Positions 1 through 9,086 of a stretch of 64,000 bases of DNA are shown piece by piece; within the stretch, counting starts at the first letter, position 1, and each line of letters begins with the position of its first letter. Position numbers and translations under genes: made by a program. The notes under the pieces are model-generated. The model did not search any database. It worked only from the letters and a program-made list of their open reading frames with translations, and was not told where the DNA came from. The stretch lies in NCBI GenBank assembly GCA_017616435.1, contig JAFZYC010000012.1, forward strand, positions 3,327 through 67,326. The letters run 5' to 3'. Source of the DNA: Clostridia bacterium. Its GTDB lineage: Bacteria > Bacillota > Clostridia > Christensenellales > CAG-138.

Positions 1-9
1 GAGGTAAAT

Positions 10-402
10 ATGCAGAGGGTCTATGATTTTTTAAAGAAGGCAGGGGTCTATTACCTTGCGACCGTCGATAACGGCCGCCCGAGGATCCGCCCCTTCGGGA
101 CTGTGAACATTTTCGAAGGCAGGCTCTATATCCAGACGGGCAAACGCAAGGCAGTGGCCGAACAGATGAAAGCGGATCCGAATATCGAGATCTGCGCGAT
201 GTGCGAGGGCACGTGGATAAGGCTCTCAGCCGAGGCCGTCCTCGATGAGAGGATCGAGCCGCAGGAGAGCATGCTGGAGGCATATCCCGCGCTCCGCGGG
301 ATGTACGCCCCGGGCGACGGCAACAACGAGGTCTATTACCTCAAAAACGCGACGGCGGTGTTCAACACCTTCGGCAGCGAGCCGGAAACGGTCACGTTCT
401 GA
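10..402 (+). CDS. pyridoxamine 5'-phosphate oxidase-family (split-barrel FMN-binding) protein
   Basis: 130-aa ORF with GAGG RBS at 1-4. N-terminal VYYLATVDNGRPRIRPFG resembles PNPOx-like flavin-binding proteins. A terminator follows. Confidence 0.7.
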   Translation: MQRVYDFLKKAGVYYLATVDNGRPRIRPFGTVNIFEGRLYIQTGKRKAVAEQMKADPNIEICAMCEGTWIRLSAEAVLDERIEPQESMLEAYPALRGMYAPGDGNNEVYYLKNATAVFNTFGSEPETVTF

Positions 403-410
403 AAAACATG

Positions 411-443
411 AAAAAACAGGTCGGAAACCCGACCTGTTTTTTA
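411..443. terminator. bidirectional intrinsic terminator between the PNPOx-like gene and pyrI
   Basis: AAAAAACAGGTCGG-AAAC-CCGACCTGTTTTTT: perfect 9-bp stem flanked by an A-run and a T-run. Confidence 0.75.
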
Positions 444-454
444 TTGCGTGTTTT

Positions 455-871
455 TCAGTTCGCCTTGGTCTCGCAGTAGATGCAGCGGTAGACCTTGTGC
501 TCGCGGTCGGTGAGCTTGAAGATATGGTCTATCTCCTGCTCGCAGGAGGTTATGCAGCGGGGGTTCTTGCACTTGATGACGTTTACGAGCCTTTCCGGCA
601 TGTCGATATTGCGCTTCTCGACGAGCACGCCGTCCTTGATGTGGTTGATGGTCGCGCCGGGGTCGACGAAGCCGATCACGTCGAGGTTCACGGGGATGTC
701 CGCATCGACCTTGATTATGTCCTTGCGGCCCATTTTGCGGCTGGTGACGTTCTTTATTATCGCAACGGAGCAGTCGAGCTCGCCGAGGCCGAGAAGCTCG
801 TAAAGCTTCATGCCCTTGCCCGCGGTGATATGGTCTATAACTATGCCGTTGGTGATGGAATCGATATTCAT
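455..871 (-). CDS. pyrI: aspartate carbamoyltransferase regulatory subunit
   Basis: 138 aa. IVIDHITAGKG N-terminal domain plus a C-terminal zinc domain with Cys pairs (CKNPRC...CIYCE). Lies directly downstream of pyrB. Confidence 0.9.
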   Translation of the reverse strand: MNIDSITNGIVIDHITAGKGMKLYELLGLGELDCSVAIIKNVTSRKMGRKDIIKVDADIPVNLDVIGFVDPGATINHIKDGVLVEKRNIDMPERLVNVIKCKNPRCITSCEQEIDHIFKLTDREHKVYRCIYCETKAN

Positions 872-890
872 ATTGCGCCTCCTTATTGGA

Positions 891-1817
891 TTACTTGATC
901 TGGCCTGCTTCTTTGAGGAGCTTGAGAATGAGCGCCATGCGCATGTACTTGCCGTTCAATACCTGCTTAAAGTAGCAGGCGCGCGGGTCGTCGTCAACCG
1001 CGACGCTTATCTCGTTCACGCGGGGGAGGGGATGCAGTATCGCGAGATCGGACTTGGCGGTCTTGAGCTTATCGACCGTCAGTATGTAGCTGTCCTTCAG
1101 GCGGAGGTAATCCTCTTCGTTGAAGAAGCGCTCGCGCTGTACGCGGGTCATGTAGAGTATGTCGAGCTCGGGCATTACGGCCATGAGGTCGGTCGTCTGC
1201 ACATAGGGGATGCCCTTCTGCTGCAGCACGTCCTTCTTGACGTAGGAGGGGACCTTCAGCTCCTCCGGGCTGATGAGCACGAACCTGTTGCCCTCGTAGC
1301 GGCTCATGGCGTTTATGAGCGAATGCACCGTGCGGCCGAACTTAAGGTCGCCGCATACGCCGATGGTGAGGTTCGTGAAGCGGCCCTTCTCGCGCCAGAT
1401 GGTCAGGAGGTCCGCCAGGGTCTGAGTGGGGTGGCAGTGGCCGCCGTCGCCCGCGTTGATGACGGGGATGGTCGCGTTCTTCGCGGTGACGTACGCGGCG
1501 CCCTCCTTGGGGTGGCGGATGGCGATGATGTCGGTGTAGCAGGAGACGGTCTTCGCGGTGTCGGCCACGCTCTCGCCCTTCGCGGCGGAGGAGGTTCCCG
1601 CGCCGGTCACGGAGATCACGTTGCCGCCCAGCTCGTACATGGCGGCCTCAAAGCTCATACGGGTCCTCGTGGAGGGCTCGAAGAACAGGCTCGCAAGCTT
1701 CTTGCCGCGGCAGGCCTCCGCGTACTTTGAGGGGTTCGCGATGATGTCCTCTGCCGTGGCGATCAGCTCGTCCAGCTCTTCGGTCGTCAGATCAAGAATG
1801 TCGATAAGACTTTTCAT
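891..1817 (-). CDS. pyrB: aspartate carbamoyltransferase catalytic subunit
   Basis: 308 aa. FFEPSTRTR carbamoyl-phosphate motif and HPLPR motif are present. Confidence 0.95.
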   Translation of the reverse strand: MKSLIDILDLTTEELDELIATAEDIIANPSKYAEACRGKKLASLFFEPSTRTRMSFEAAMYELGGNVISVTGAGTSSAAKGESVADTAKTVSCYTDIIAIRHPKEGAAYVTAKNATIPVINAGDGGHCHPTQTLADLLTIWREKGRFTNLTIGVCGDLKFGRTVHSLINAMSRYEGNRFVLISPEELKVPSYVKKDVLQQKGIPYVQTTDLMAVMPELDILYMTRVQRERFFNEEDYLRLKDSYILTVDKLKTAKSDLAILHPLPRVNEISVAVDDDPRACYFKQVLNGKYMRMALILKLLKEAGQIK

Positions 1818-1847
1818 TTTATATCGTTCCTTTCGGTTGATTTTCGT

Positions 1848-2483
1848 TCACTTTATCCAGCTCTCGTCGGAGGGATCGTTCCTGAATCTTATCAGGCGCT
1901 CGACGTCCTCGGGAGCGATGTAGCCCTCCTCGGCGGCGACGCGGGCTATCACGTCGAAGTTGGTAAGGGAGGTGTTAACGACGTTCGCCGCTTCAAGACG
2001 GTCGAGCCCCTTCTGCATGCCGTAGGTGAATATCGAGACCACGCCCAATACGTCGGCGCCGGCCTCGCGCAGAGCGTCGACTACTTCAATGACGCTGCCT
2101 CCCGTGGAGATGAGATCCTCCACGACCACGACCTTCTGGCCGGGCTCGAGGCGGCCCTCTATGCGGTTCTGGCGGCCGTGATCCTTTGCGCCGGATCTGA
2201 CGTAGCCCATGGGCAGTCCCATTATGTGGCCGACTATCGCGGCGTGCGCGATGCCCGCGGTCGATGTGCCCATAAGCACCTCGACATCAGGGTATTTTTC
2301 GCGGATGATCTCCGCAAGAGAGTTTTCAACGTCGTTCCTGACCTCCGGCGCGGTGAGCGTGAGCCGGTTGTCGCAGTAGACGGGGCTCTTTATGCCGCTC
2401 GCCCATGTAAAGGGCTCGTCCGGGCGGAAGAAAACGGCTTTGATCTTCAGAAGATCCTTTGCAATGAGTTCTTTGATGTCCAT
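1848..2483 (-). CDS. pyrE: orotate phosphoribosyltransferase
   Basis: 211 aa. PRPP-binding motif VVVVEDLISTGGS. Sits in the pyr operon. Confidence 0.93.
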   Translation of the reverse strand: MDIKELIAKDLLKIKAVFFRPDEPFTWASGIKSPVYCDNRLTLTAPEVRNDVENSLAEIIREKYPDVEVLMGTSTAGIAHAAIVGHIMGLPMGYVRSGAKDHGRQNRIEGRLEPGQKVVVVEDLISTGGSVIEVVDALREAGADVLGVVSIFTYGMQKGLDRLEAANVVNTSLTNFDVIARVAAEEGYIAPEDVERLIRFRNDPSDESWIK

Positions 2484-2498
2484 GGTTTTCCCTTTCTG

Positions 2499-3203
2499 TT
2501 AATCAACGAATTCCGCGACACAGCGCAGATACGCTTTGACGGGATCCTCCGCCTGAGTGACGGGGCGGCCCACCACTATGTAATCGCTGCCGATCTTATT
2601 CGCGGCGGCGGGCGTCATAACGCGCTTCTGGTCGCCGACGGCGCCGTCCGCAAAGCGGATGCCGGGAGTGACGGTCAAAAACTCCGCGCCGCAGACGGAA
2701 TGCACCTTCTCCGCCTCGAGAGGGGAGCAGACGACTCCGTCGAGCCCCGCGTTCTTCGCGGTCAGCGCGTAGTGCATCACTACCTCGTCGATGGGCTTTT
2801 CTATGAGGATGTCTCGCTCCAAGGCCTCCTGATCCGTGGAGGTGAGCTGCGTGACCGCGATGAGCAGCGGCCTCGTGCCGTCCTCGCGGGTAAGGCCCTC
2901 GAGCGCGGCCTTCATCATCGCCGTCGTGCCGGCGGCGTGCAGGTTCACTATGTCGACGTCGAGCCTCGAGAGCACTGTCATCGCCTTTTTTACGGTGTTG
3001 GGTATGTCGTGCAGCTTGAGATCGAGGAATATCTTATGCCCGCGGCGCTTTATCTCGCGCACGATGGCGGGACCTTCGGCGTAGTAAAGCTCCATGCCGA
3101 TCTTCACGAAGGGCTTGCGGGGGAGCTCCGCGAATTTGTCAAGGAATGAAAATGTGGCTTCCGCGCTCGCGAAGTCGCACGCGATAATTACGTCTTTGCC
3201 CAT
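2499..3203 (-). CDS. pyrF: orotidine 5'-phosphate decarboxylase
   Basis: 234 aa. [13 protein letters not shown] active-site motif. Confidence 0.93.
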   Translation of the reverse strand: MGKDVIIACDFASAEATFSFLDKFAELPRKPFVKIGMELYYAEGPAIVREIKRRGHKIFLDLKLHDIPNTVKKAMTVLSRLDVDIVNLHAAGTTAMMKAALEGLTREDGTRPLLIAVTQLTSTDQEALERDILIEKPIDEVVMHYALTAKNAGLDGVVCSPLEAEKVHSVCGAEFLTVTPGIRFADGAVGDQKRVMTPAAANKIGSDYIVVGRPVTQAEDPVKAYLRCVAEFVD

Positions 3204-3215
3204 GGCGGGACCTCC

Positions 3216-4127
3216 TTAATGTGCTTTGCCGATAATATCTTCAAGTTTTTGTATGCCGTACTTTTCCATTGCGGCGGGGAGCGCCTCGACGATCTTCTTT
3301 GAGGCGAACGGATCGACGAGGTTCGCCGCGCCGATCTCGACGGCGACAGCTCCTGCCATCATCATTTCGATCACTTCCTCCGCGGATGCGACGCCGCCCA
3401 TGCCGACGACGGGGATCGAGAGCGCCTTGGAGACCTGATACACCATCCGCAGCGCGACGGGGAAAATCGCGGGGCCGGAGAAGCCGCCCATCGTGTTCGC
3501 GATCACCGGCCGGCCGGTTTTAAGGTCTATCCTCATGCCGAGGAGCGTGTTGATGAGCGATATGCCGTCCGCGCCCGCGTCCTCGCAGGCCCTGGCGATG
3601 GAAACGATATCGGTCACGTTCGGCGAGAGCTTGACTATGACGGGCTTTTTCGTCACGGCCTTGACGGCGCGGGTGACCTCCGCAGCGGCATTGGGATCGG
3701 TGCCGAAGCTCATACCGCCGCCGTGCACGTTGGGGCAGCTGACGTTGACCTCCAGCCAGCCGACCTGCTCCTCACGGTCAAGCAGCGCGCAGGTGTAGGC
3801 GTAATCCTCGACGGAGAAGCCGGAGACGTTCGCCATTACGGGCTTGCTGAATACCTTTTTGAGCTTCGGGAGCTCCTCGGATATCACCTTTTCAACGCCC
3901 GGGTTTTGCAGTCCGACCGCGTTTATCATGCCGGCTGTGCACTCAGCGATACGCGGCGTCGGGTTGCCGAAGCGGGGCTCGCGCGTGGTGCCCTTGAAAG
4001 AGAACGTGCCGAGACAGTTAATATCGTACAGCTCCGCGAACTCATAACCGTAGCCGAACGTGCCGGAGGCGGGGATGATGGGATTGTCGAGCGTTATGCC
4101 CAGAAGATCCACCTTCGTATTTACCAC
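3216..4127 (-). CDS. pyrD: dihydroorotate dehydrogenase class 1B, catalytic subunit
   Basis: The ORF track extends to 4226, but that N-terminal stretch is Arg-rich and overlaps pyrK. A GTG at 4127 overlaps the pyrK stop (GTGGTAA) and gives VVNTKVDLLGITLDNPIIPASGTFG. The NVSCPNV catalytic loop is present. Confidence 0.88.
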   Translation of the reverse strand: MVNTKVDLLGITLDNPIIPASGTFGYGYEFAELYDINCLGTFSFKGTTREPRFGNPTPRIAECTAGMINAVGLQNPGVEKVISEELPKLKKVFSKPVMANVSGFSVEDYAYTCALLDREEQVGWLEVNVSCPNVHGGGMSFGTDPNAAAEVTRAVKAVTKKPVIVKLSPNVTDIVSIARACEDAGADGISLINTLLGMRIDLKTGRPVIANTMGGFSGPAIFPVALRMVYQVSKALSIPVVGMGGVASAEEVIEMMMAGAVAVEIGAANLVDPFASKKIVEALPAAMEKYGIQKLEDIIGKAH

Positions 4128-4846
4128 GGCAGCTCCTCCTTTCCGAAAACGGGGCCGTCCTTGCAGACGCGCTTCGCGCCGCTTTTCGTCATTATCGAGC
4201 AGCCCATACACGCGCCGAAGCCGCATCCCATGCGCTCCTCAAGGCTCAGCTCGCCGGAGACGGGGCAGGCTTTCGTCAGCGCCTTCAGCATGGGCAGCGG
4301 CCCGCAGGCGTACAAATATGTCGCGCTTTCGGGCAGCGCGTCAGTCACGAAGCCCTTTATCCCGCGGCTGCCGTCGACGGTCGTGACCGCGACGGAGGCG
4401 CCGAGGGCCCTGAATTCGTCTTCGTAAAATATCTCCGAAGCGGCGTTGAAGCCGAGCACTGCGCTGACGGCCTTACCGCGCTTAATCAGTTCTTTCGCGA
4501 GGTAATAGAGGGGCGGCACGCCCACGCCTCCGCCGACGAGGAGCGGAGCCTCTCCCGCGGCTGAAAGGTCGTATCCGTTGCCGAGACCGGTCAGAACGTC
4601 GAGCTTTTCGCCCGGGGCGACTCGCGTCATCGCGTCCGTGCCGCGGCCGACGGCCTTGTAGATGATGGTCAGCACGCCGTTTTCAAAGTCGCAGACGGAT
4701 ATCGGGCGGCGAAGGTAGAAGCCCTCGAGCCTGATGTTCACGAACTGCCCGGGGCGGTTCTCGCCCGCGCAGCCGGAGAGCCGCATGCGGTACACGGCGT
4801 CGGTAAGGGGGGCGTTCTCGATAACGGTAAGGAGCTCCTGCTTCAT
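4121..4846 (-). CDS. pyrK: dihydroorotate dehydrogenase electron-transfer subunit (FAD/2Fe-2S)
   Basis: 241 aa. Ferredoxin-reductase-like fold pattern with a C-terminal Cys cluster CGFGACMGCS...C. Overlaps the pyrC stop by 4 nt. Confidence 0.9.
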   Translation of the reverse strand: MKQELLTVIENAPLTDAVYRMRLSGCAGENRPGQFVNIRLEGFYLRRPISVCDFENGVLTIIYKAVGRGTDAMTRVAPGEKLDVLTGLGNGYDLSAAGEAPLLVGGGVGVPPLYYLAKELIKRGKAVSAVLGFNAASEIFYEDEFRALGASVAVTTVDGSRGIKGFVTDALPESATYLYACGPLPMLKALTKACPVSGELSLEERMGCGFGACMGCSIMTKSGAKRVCKDGPVFGKEELPW

Positions 4847-6048
4847 GCTTTATAGACCACCTTTCCGCGATAAACTGTCATAAGACATTTGCCGTATACT
4901 CCGACGCCGGCAAAGGGCGTCGCGCGGCCCATCGAAAGGAAGCCCGCGGGATCGATCGCGTACTCGCTTTCAAGATCCCAAACGGAGAAGCCCTCGGGGA
5001 GGAGCCCCAAGCCGAACCTTTCGCGGGGCTTGGTTATCATCATCTCCAGGAGCCTTTCCATGGGGATGACGCCTTTTTTAACAAGATAGGTGTAGAGCAG
5101 GGGGAACGCCGTCTCTATGCCGACTATCCCGAACGGGCTCTTTTCGAGCCCGCGCGCCTTTTCCTCTGCGGAATGCGGCGCGTGATCGGTCGCGATCATA
5201 TCTATCGTGCCGTCCGACACGCCCTCGAGCAGCGCCTCCCGGTCGGCTTTTCCGCGAAGCGGCGGGTTCATCTTGAAGCGCCCGTCCTCGCAAAGCGCGC
5301 TCTCGTCGAGCAGCAGGTAGTGCGGCGCGGTCTCGCAGGTGACGCCGACGCCACTCTTCTTCGCTTCGCGTATTATCTCGACGCTCTCGCGGCAGGAGAT
5401 ATGGCACACGTGGTATTTTACGCCCGTCTCGGCGGCGAGCTTCACGTCGCGCTCTATGGGGCGCCACTCCGATTCGGAGCAAATGCCCCTGTGCCCGTGC
5501 GCGGCCGCGTATTCGCCCGCGTGGATATAGCCGCCGTGAAGCAGGCTCTCGTCCTCACAATGGGCGGCGAGCACCTTATCAAGGGCGGCGCAGCGTGTCA
5601 TGACCTCGCGCATCATGCCCATATCCTGCACGCCCTTGCCGTCGTCGGAGAAGGCGGCGACAAAGGGGGCGAGGCCTTCCAGATCAGCGGGCTCTTTGCC
5701 CTTTTCGCCGACCGTCAGCGCGCCGTACGGGCGGACGGAGACGACCGCTCCGCGCGCTATCGCGTCAAGCTCGGGTTTAAGGTTTTCGACGGAATCGGGC
5801 ACGGGGGAAAGGTTCGGCATCGCGAGCACCTCCGTGTATCCGCCTCGGGCCGCCGCGCGGGATCCCGTTGCTATCGTTTCCTTATAAGAAAAGCCCGGCT
5901 CGCGAAAATGCACGTGCACATCGCAAAAACCGGGCAGGATCACCGAGGAAAGGTTTTCTTCGGAAAGGGAAACGGGCGCCCCGCTCTCCGCAACGAGGGG
6001 AGCGATATCGGGGATGAGCCCGCACTTTGATACGCTCGCTTTCAGCAT
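4843..6048 (-). CDS. pyrC: dihydroorotase
   Basis: 401 aa. DVHVHFREPG (HxH metal site) and ATDHAPH motifs. First gene of the pyr operon. Confidence 0.9.
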   Translation of the reverse strand: MLKASVSKCGLIPDIAPLVAESGAPVSLSEENLSSVILPGFCDVHVHFREPGFSYKETIATGSRAAARGGYTEVLAMPNLSPVPDSVENLKPELDAIARGAVVSVRPYGALTVGEKGKEPADLEGLAPFVAAFSDDGKGVQDMGMMREVMTRCAALDKVLAAHCEDESLLHGGYIHAGEYAAAHGHRGICSESEWRPIERDVKLAAETGVKYHVCHISCRESVEIIREAKKSGVGVTCETAPHYLLLDESALCEDGRFKMNPPLRGKADREALLEGVSDGTIDMIATDHAPHSAEEKARGLEKSPFGIVGIETAFPLLYTYLVKKGVIPMERLLEMMITKPRERFGLGLLPEGFSVWDLESEYAIDPAGFLSMGRATPFAGVGVYGKCLMTVYRGKVVYKA

Positions 6049-6190
6049 GGGAAGCCTTCCTTTCCGTATTTATCAAAAAAGCTCTGCCAATCGGCAGAGC
6101 GCACGCTTGCGTTTTGAACGGTATGCCGATCCGCATACCGAAGCCAGCGATCTTGCCGATATCTCTGTATCGCCTTAAAGACCGTCTATA
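6049..6190 (-). promoter_or_regulatory. pyr operon 5' leader with terminator/antiterminator hairpins (attenuator, possibly PyrR-type)
   Basis: Minus strand carries CGATA-CAGAGA-TATCG, GGTATGC-GGATCG-GCATACC, then GCTCTGCC-GATT-GGCAGAGC followed by TTTTTT (6075-6100), 25 nt before the pyrC ATG. ATCGGCA occurs twice upstream and is complementary to TGCCGAT in the terminator. Confidence 0.5.
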
Positions 6191-6219
6191 ATTGTATCAT
6201 GACGGCGGCGGTATGTCAA
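6191..6219 (-). promoter_or_regulatory. sigma-70/SigA-type promoter of the pyr operon
   Basis: Minus strand TTGACA (6214-6219), 17-nt spacer, TG-extended TACAAT (6191-6196). Confidence 0.65.
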
Positions 6220-6253
6220 ATGCAAAACCGGGTCAAATAAAAATATAATACCG

Positions 6254-7063
6254 CTATTCGCGGTCTCTTTTGAGGAAGTTCAGCGCTTCCTTCTGCAGCT
6301 TTCCGCGGCCGGTGATGTTTTTGCCGACGAGCAGCCTCGCGCTCTTCGTACTTCCGGAGGCGAGCGTATCAAGATCGAAGGCGAGAGCGGCTTCGGCGGA
6401 GGGCTCCTCCGTGCCGATACCGGCGTTCCTCGGGCAGACCTGCTGGCAAATCTCGCAGCCTATATGCGTCCGCTGTATCTCGTAGACCCAGTCGGGATAA
6501 TCCGCGTCGTCCATATAGAAGCGCATGCATTTCTGCACGTCGTAGCCGTCCTCGCCTATGGCGTGGGCGGGGCAGGCGGCAATGCACGCGCGGCAGCTGG
6601 AGCAGAGGCCGTCGTCGGGAACGGAGTATTCCTCCGGGTGAAGCGGGTGCTCTTCGGACGAGCCGAGCAGAAGCGTCTGCAGCACGGTGCGCGTGCCGTA
6701 GGGAGGGATCGATATCAGCGAGCTGCGGCAGAGCACGGCGACGCCGTATCTGACCGCGAGCTGCTTTATGGGCAGCTCCGCCCTAAGGCATTTCACGCCT
6801 GCTGCGGTAAGCTTCTTCGCAAGCACGACGCTCGCGTGGTAGGAGATATTGCTGTTTATGTAGTAGGCGGGAATGCGGCAGTCTGCGGGATAGGGCTTGT
6901 ACGGAAGCACGAGCAGGCACGAGACGCGCGCCCACGGATGCTCCTCCGTGTTCCAGACAATGGAGGGCTCGTTCTCGTTGCGCGGCATATCGGGCGGGGG
7001 CAGAAGATACGCCTCCGCAAAGCCGGCTTCCTTAGCAAGTTTTTTAAGCTGAGCATTGTCCAT
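6254..7063 (-). CDS. 4Fe-4S double-cluster protein, epoxyqueuosine reductase (QueG)-like
   Basis: Two ferredoxin-type motifs, CSSCRACIAACPAHA and CEICQQVCPRN. Start placed at ATG 7063 (MDNAQLKKLAKEAGF) because a promoter lies inside the longer ORF. The function call is family-level only. Confidence 0.55.
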   Translation of the reverse strand: MDNAQLKKLAKEAGFAEAYLLPPPDMPRNENEPSIVWNTEEHPWARVSCLLVLPYKPYPADCRIPAYYINSNISYHASVVLAKKLTAAGVKCLRAELPIKQLAVRYGVAVLCRSSLISIPPYGTRTVLQTLLLGSSEEHPLHPEEYSVPDDGLCSSCRACIAACPAHAIGEDGYDVQKCMRFYMDDADYPDWVYEIQRTHIGCEICQQVCPRNAGIGTEEPSAEAALAFDLDTLASGSTKSARLLVGKNITGRGKLQKEALNFLKRDRE

Positions 7064-7069
7064 GAGCCG

Positions 7070-7097
7070 ATTATACCACAACTCCCCGCTTTTGCAA
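7070..7097 (-). promoter_or_regulatory. promoter placed 6 nt upstream of the QueG-like ATG (possible leaderless mRNA)
   Basis: Minus strand TTGCAA (7092-7097), 16-nt spacer, TG-extended TATAAT (7070-7075), then CGGCTC and the ATG. Confidence 0.4.
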
Positions 7098-7152
7098 AAC
7101 GCGGAGCGGGGCTTTTTCGCCAAAATATATTGCAAATACATGAAAAATCCGC

Positions 7153-7181
7153 TTGACAGGAGCGCCGCCTTGTGATATCCT
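7153..7181 (+). promoter_or_regulatory. promoter of the rplJ-rplL operon
   Basis: TTGACA (7153-7158), 17-nt spacer, TG-extended TATCCT (7176-7181). Confidence 0.55.
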
Positions 7182-7187
7182 ACGCTT

Positions 7188-7375
7188 CGCAATCAAATAT
7201 CCGCCGTAGACAGCCGGTGTCAAGGGCAAGTCCCGCGACTTAATATCCTGCCGAGGTGAAGTTCATATAAACCGAGGGTATGCCCTCGGGAGATAAGAAA
7301 TCTTCATTTCCCCTGTCGATAAGCGGCAAGGGGATATTTTATTGTTAGACTGATACAAGGAGGAAATCCATTCAA
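7188..7375 (+). ncRNA. ribosomal protein L10 leader (autoregulatory 5' UTR) with attenuator hairpin
   Basis: About 190-nt structured UTR before rplJ. Contains the CCGAGGG-TATG-CCCTCGG hairpin (7272-7289) and a TCCCCT...AGGGGA stem followed by TATTTTATTGTT (7309-7345). The position matches the known L10(L12)4-controlled leader of Firmicutes. Not checked against a covariance model. Confidence 0.5.
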
Positions 7376-7900
7376 ATGGCAAACGCTTCCATTATCGCCC
7401 AGAAGGACCAGCTGGTAAGCGAGATCGCCGAGAAGCTGCAGAAGGCTCAGTCCGTCGTAATGTTCGACTACCGCGGACTCACCGTTGCAGAGGTCACCGA
7501 TCTTCGCGCCCAGATGCGCAAGGCGGGCAACGAGTACATCGTTGTCAAGAACTCGATGGTAGAGCGCGCGGCTGAAAAGCTCGGTATTGACGAATCCGTC
7601 AAGGAGATGCTCAAGGGCCCGTCCGCATTCGCTATCGGCTATGACGACGCCGTATCTCCCGCCAAGATCCTGAAGGAGACTGTCAAGAAGCTCAAGAAGT
7701 GTGAGATCAAGGGTGGTATCGTGAACGGTAAGGTCACCGATGCAGCCGGTATCGACGCACTCGCAGAGCTGCCCCCCAAGGAGGTACTCATCGCCCGTAT
7801 GCTCGGCAGCATGATGTCCCCCATCAGCGGTCTTGCGATCGTTCTCGATCAGATCGCGAAGAAGAACGGCGGAGAGACCGCCGAAGCCGCAGCGGAATGA
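7376..7900 (+). CDS. rplJ: 50S ribosomal protein L10
   Basis: 174 aa. AAGGAGG RBS. Typical L10 sequence (VVMFDYRGLTVAEVTDLR). Confidence 0.95.
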   Translation: MANASIIAQKDQLVSEIAEKLQKAQSVVMFDYRGLTVAEVTDLRAQMRKAGNEYIVVKNSMVERAAEKLGIDESVKEMLKGPSAFAIGYDDAVSPAKILKETVKKLKKCEIKGGIVNGKVTDAAGIDALAELPPKEVLIARMLGSMMSPISGLAIVLDQIAKKNGGETAEAAAE

Positions 7901-7972
7901 TCGCTGCATGAACCGGGCCGAAGGCCCAAACCAAATCAAAATATTATCTAAATCTATCAGGAGGAAACAATC

Positions 7973-8344
7973 ATGTTTAACAAAGAGCAGTTTATTGCCG
8001 ACATCAAGGCTATGACCGTTCTCGAGCTCGCCGATCTCGTAAAGGCTCTCGAGGAGGAGTTTGGCGTATCCGCCGCCGCCACCGCCGTTGCAGTCGCCGG
8101 CCCCGCCGCCGCTGCTGAGGAAGTAGAAGAGAAGACCGAGTTCGACGTAGTTCTCAAGAGCTTCGGTGCTGAGAAGATCAAGGTCATCAAGGTTGCCCGT
8201 GAGCAGCTGGGTCTCGGCCTCAAGGAGGCCAAGGACATCGTTGACGGTGCTCCCTCTACCCTTAAGGAAGGCGTCTCCAAGGAGGAGGCCGAGAAGATCG
8301 CCGAGGCTTTCAAGGCTGCCGGCGCCGAGATCGAGATCAAGTAA
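7973..8344 (+). CDS. rplL: 50S ribosomal protein L7/L12
   Basis: 123 aa. Ala-rich hinge and C-terminal domain [25 protein letters not shown]. Confidence 0.96.
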   Translation: MFNKEQFIADIKAMTVLELADLVKALEEEFGVSAAATAVAVAGPAAAAEEVEEKTEFDVVLKSFGAEKIKVIKVAREQLGLGLKEAKDIVDGAPSTLKEGVSKEEAEKIAEAFKAAGAEIEIK

Positions 8345-8369
8345 TCGATCGGAAAAGAATAACAGAATG

Positions 8370-8402
8370 TGGGGATCCGTTTTCGGGGTCCCCGCTTTTA
8401 TG
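8370..8402 (+). terminator. intrinsic terminator after rplL
   Basis: GGGGATCCG-TTTT-CGGGGTCCCC followed by GCTTTTAT. Confidence 0.6.
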
Positions 8403-8417
8403 CAAAAAGGAGCAAAA

Positions 8418-8954
8418 ATGAAGAAATACACAATGATCGCCGCGATCGTTATCGCCGCGATGATACTTGCCGCGCTTGTTGGATGCCGCGGCTCCGAAGT
8501 CAAGCCCGTCCCCACCGAGGAGCCCACCGCCGCGCCCACGGCGGAGCCGACCGAGGCCCCCACAGAGGAGCCGACAGAAGTTCCTACCGAGGAGCCGACC
8601 GCAGAGCCCACCCAGGAGGCCGATTCCACAGAGGAGCTCATCGCACAGTATGCGGAGATGATCAAGCCCCAGATGGAGGCCATCATGCAGGCGCAGGACG
8701 TGCTCGATATCGATTGCTACGCCGAAGGCAAGGCGCTCGTCATTGAGTACAAGTACAGGTACGAGGTCTCGGTCGATATTGAGACATTGCGCGGGAGTCT
8801 CGATGCGCAGGGTGCCTCCTGTGCCAATATGTATACCGAACTCGCCGCCTACGCAAACGACGAGGACGTCAGCGTCATACTCCGTTATCTGACCTGTGAA
8901 GGAGAGAAACTGCTCGACTACGTGGTCGACAAGGACTATTCTCCGGAAGGCTGA
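8418..8954 (+). CDS. lipoprotein with Pro/Thr/Glu-rich linker, function unknown
   Basis: AAAGGAG RBS. Signal peptide ends in the lipobox LVGC (Cys23), followed by (E/A)PT(E/A)EPT repeats and a roughly 110-aa globular domain. The longer ORF-track start at 8166 overlaps rplL and is rejected. Confidence 0.7.
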   Translation: MKKYTMIAAIVIAAMILAALVGCRGSEVKPVPTEEPTAAPTAEPTEAPTEEPTEVPTEEPTAEPTQEADSTEELIAQYAEMIKPQMEAIMQAQDVLDIDCYAEGKALVIEYKYRYEVSVDIETLRGSLDAQGASCANMYTELAAYANDEDVSVILRYLTCEGEKLLDYVVDKDYSPEG

Positions 8955-8964
8955 TGACAATTTG

Positions 8965-8994
8965 CCGGGAGGGATCGCCTCCCGGCTTTGTTTG
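8965..8994 (+). terminator. intrinsic terminator after the lipoprotein gene
   Basis: CCGGGAGG-GATCG-CCTCCCGG followed by CTTTGTTTG. Confidence 0.65.
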
Positions 8995-9008
8995 CCCGAA
9001 AAACACGG

Positions 9009-9037
9009 TTGACCGCGAGGCGCGGCTGATTTATAAT
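9009..9037 (+). promoter_or_regulatory. promoter of fumC
   Basis: TTGACC (9009-9014), 17-nt spacer, TATAAT (9032-9037). Confidence 0.55.
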
Positions 9038-9086
9038 TCATTCAAAGAAAAAGCCCGCAGGCAAACATCGCGCGGAGGAGATAAAA

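Noticed and set aside
3216-4226. N-terminal extensions offered by the ORF track for pyrD, and likewise for the 8166, 10555, 46231-47217, 49912-51369, 30283-30810 and 21060-22007 ORFs
   Set aside because: The extensions are Arg/Pro-rich and overlap upstream genes, promoters or terminators. In-frame starts with an RBS or with stop-start overlaps give N-termini typical of the families.
7304-8686. 460-aa ORF on the minus strand spanning rplJ, rplL and the lipoprotein gene start
   Set aside because: It is antisense to two unmistakable ribosomal protein genes. It has low-complexity Gly/Ser/Val/Leu composition and no RBS. This is a typical long spurious frame in GC-rich DNA.
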